Shown here: positions 62,481 through 64,000 of the stretch, piece after piece | Layout of the letters: each line of letters opens with the position of its first letter | Numbering within the stretch: position 1 is the first letter of the stretch | Origin: Podarcis melisellensis | Lineage: Eukaryota | DNA length: 64,000 nucleotides | Reading direction: 5' to 3' (one strand) | Assembly (NCBI GenBank): GCA_964234715.1 | Contig: OZ174275.1 | Notes under the pieces: model-generated | Database searches by the model: none | What the model was told of the DNA's origin: nothing | Seen by the model: only the letters and a program-made list of their open reading frames with translations | Translations under genes and position numbers: made by a program

Positions 62481-62682
62481 CTGTGAAGTAAGAAAACCAA
62501 AGCATTACCCGAAGTTAAAGGAAATCCTTGTCTTTGCATATGAACAGCTAAGATGCGACAAACGCAGACTTTTTAAAAAGCAAGCATTTTTTTTAAAGCA
62601 AGCACCAAAAAGAATGCGTACTCGTTTAGAGCTCGATAGTAAGATCCTTAAAAAGCAGTGGAAGAAAATAAGCCACACTTAC

Positions 62683-62802
62683 CTTGCTTTCTATCACTGC
62701 CTCTGTACATGCCTGAAGCATGCTTAAGTGATGAGCAAAGACTAAAAACTTCTGTTTGTCATTCTGAAGCAGCATTTTGATGTAATCCTTTACTGCTCCT
62801 GC
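62683..62802 (-). CDS. ZRANB3: ZRANB3 helicase motif IV exon (gene continues beyond window)
   Basis: AGAVKDYIKMLLQNDKQKFLVFAHHLSMLQACTEAVIESK. Confidence 0.95.
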
Positions 62803-64000
62803 CTAAAACATACAAAGCACCTTGGAATTTTGTTGTAATAAAACAGTTAAAAGGATAAAACAAAGTAATTTGTGTTGATGTCAAAGCAAAAACTACATTA
62901 GCATACAAGGTTAATTTCCTCTCTTGGTTTGAACAATATCCATTATCTGAAGTGTGCCAAGCAAACAAAAAGCCAATCTATGCATCATGTTATCTTACAG
63001 ATATATTTTACTGGCACATCATCATTAGTGTAGATCCACTAAGGGTTGTATCTGAAGGCAGACTGTGAGAATGGAAAGACACTTCTGCTTGTGCAAAGGG
63101 GATAACTATTTCTGCTGAATCCCAGCTCTATCAGCTGGGCCACATCCCATTCTATTCCTGAGGATGCCTGACCTTCAGGATTGGTTTTGTGGGAATCATG
63201 CATGCCAACTCCTGGGGGCCAAGCCTCCCTCAATGTTTTGAGTGGGCCAGGACCCCACTACTGTTCAAAGCAAAAGCAGAGCAACATCAGGACGTCGTGC
63301 AATGTTGCGTGTGTGACATCAGGACATTGTGTTGGGGCCCCTCTATGTTTTTTTTTAGAAGATGGCACTTCTATTGGGGATAATGAGAGCTGAAGCACAG
63401 AGGACTGTAAGTGAGCCACTACTGCAGTTCTCTGGAATCAACACAAAGTGTTATTACTACAAGTACACTGTGTTACTTACTGCCTGTCCCTTAAAAAGCA
63501 GTCAGGAACGCAACTTGGCACTGAAAATAAATTTGCAGCTAAAGACAGTGCCAAGTGAGATAATTAAAACATGAACACTATCTACTAAGTTGAAAGACAA
63601 AGTTAAAAGTGTGGCCTTGTCTTATCTAAAGCCTGAACCTGTATTCTAAAATTAGAGACAAGAGTTTATCTTCAGTGTAACTGGATCAGAGATACTTTAC
63701 GACAATAGGTAGGAACCAAAGTCCTTCTGTTCTCAGATGACCTGTGTGACCCAGTGTAGGCTTCCATGAATGGAAGTGGGGAAAGGTGGGAGAGAGGGGT
63801 TTGATTGTTTTTGCTAATAGCTCCTGCAGCCCTTCACTTGGGGGGAAACCCTGAAACAGCGTGGGAGGTAGTGCACAGCCTGCAGGGAAAAATCTGCAAA
63901 AATGATCTTGCACTTCCATTTGCAGAAGAAGCCCTGATACATCAGAGCCCCTTCCAAAAATGGAAGGAATTCTGTTCACCAAAGGGTGTCTTTGGATCCA

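Noticed and set aside
113-62802. Minor (U12) or non-canonical introns
   Set aside because: All reconstructed introns are GT-AG without the GTATCCTT signature

Overview
Vertebrate (squamate, most likely lacertid lizard judging by the Sauria SINEs, BovB tail and lacertid-type LTR/MITE families) genomic DNA carrying the conserved amniote block CCNT2(+, last 3 exons) - MAP3K19(-, apparently complete in ~8 kb) - RAB3GAP1(+, complete, 24 exons, 980 aa, plus a 21-nt microexon) - ZRANB3(-, last 12 coding exons). Exons were reconstructed by hand from GT-AG sites and phase continuity; gene identities rest on remembered human orthologue motifs, not on a search. Introns hold many SINE/LINE/MITE/solo-LTR insertions. 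I see no wholly new gene system. The most interesting signals are regulatory or structural: a frameshifting exitron with dual-coding DNA in CCNT2, an RFX X-box promoter and short 5' architecture for MAP3K19, the RAB3GAP1 microexon and stop-free in-frame intron 1, reciprocal changes in the two PCNA-binding motifs of ZRANB3, and TE insertions that abut splice sites or nest in each other.
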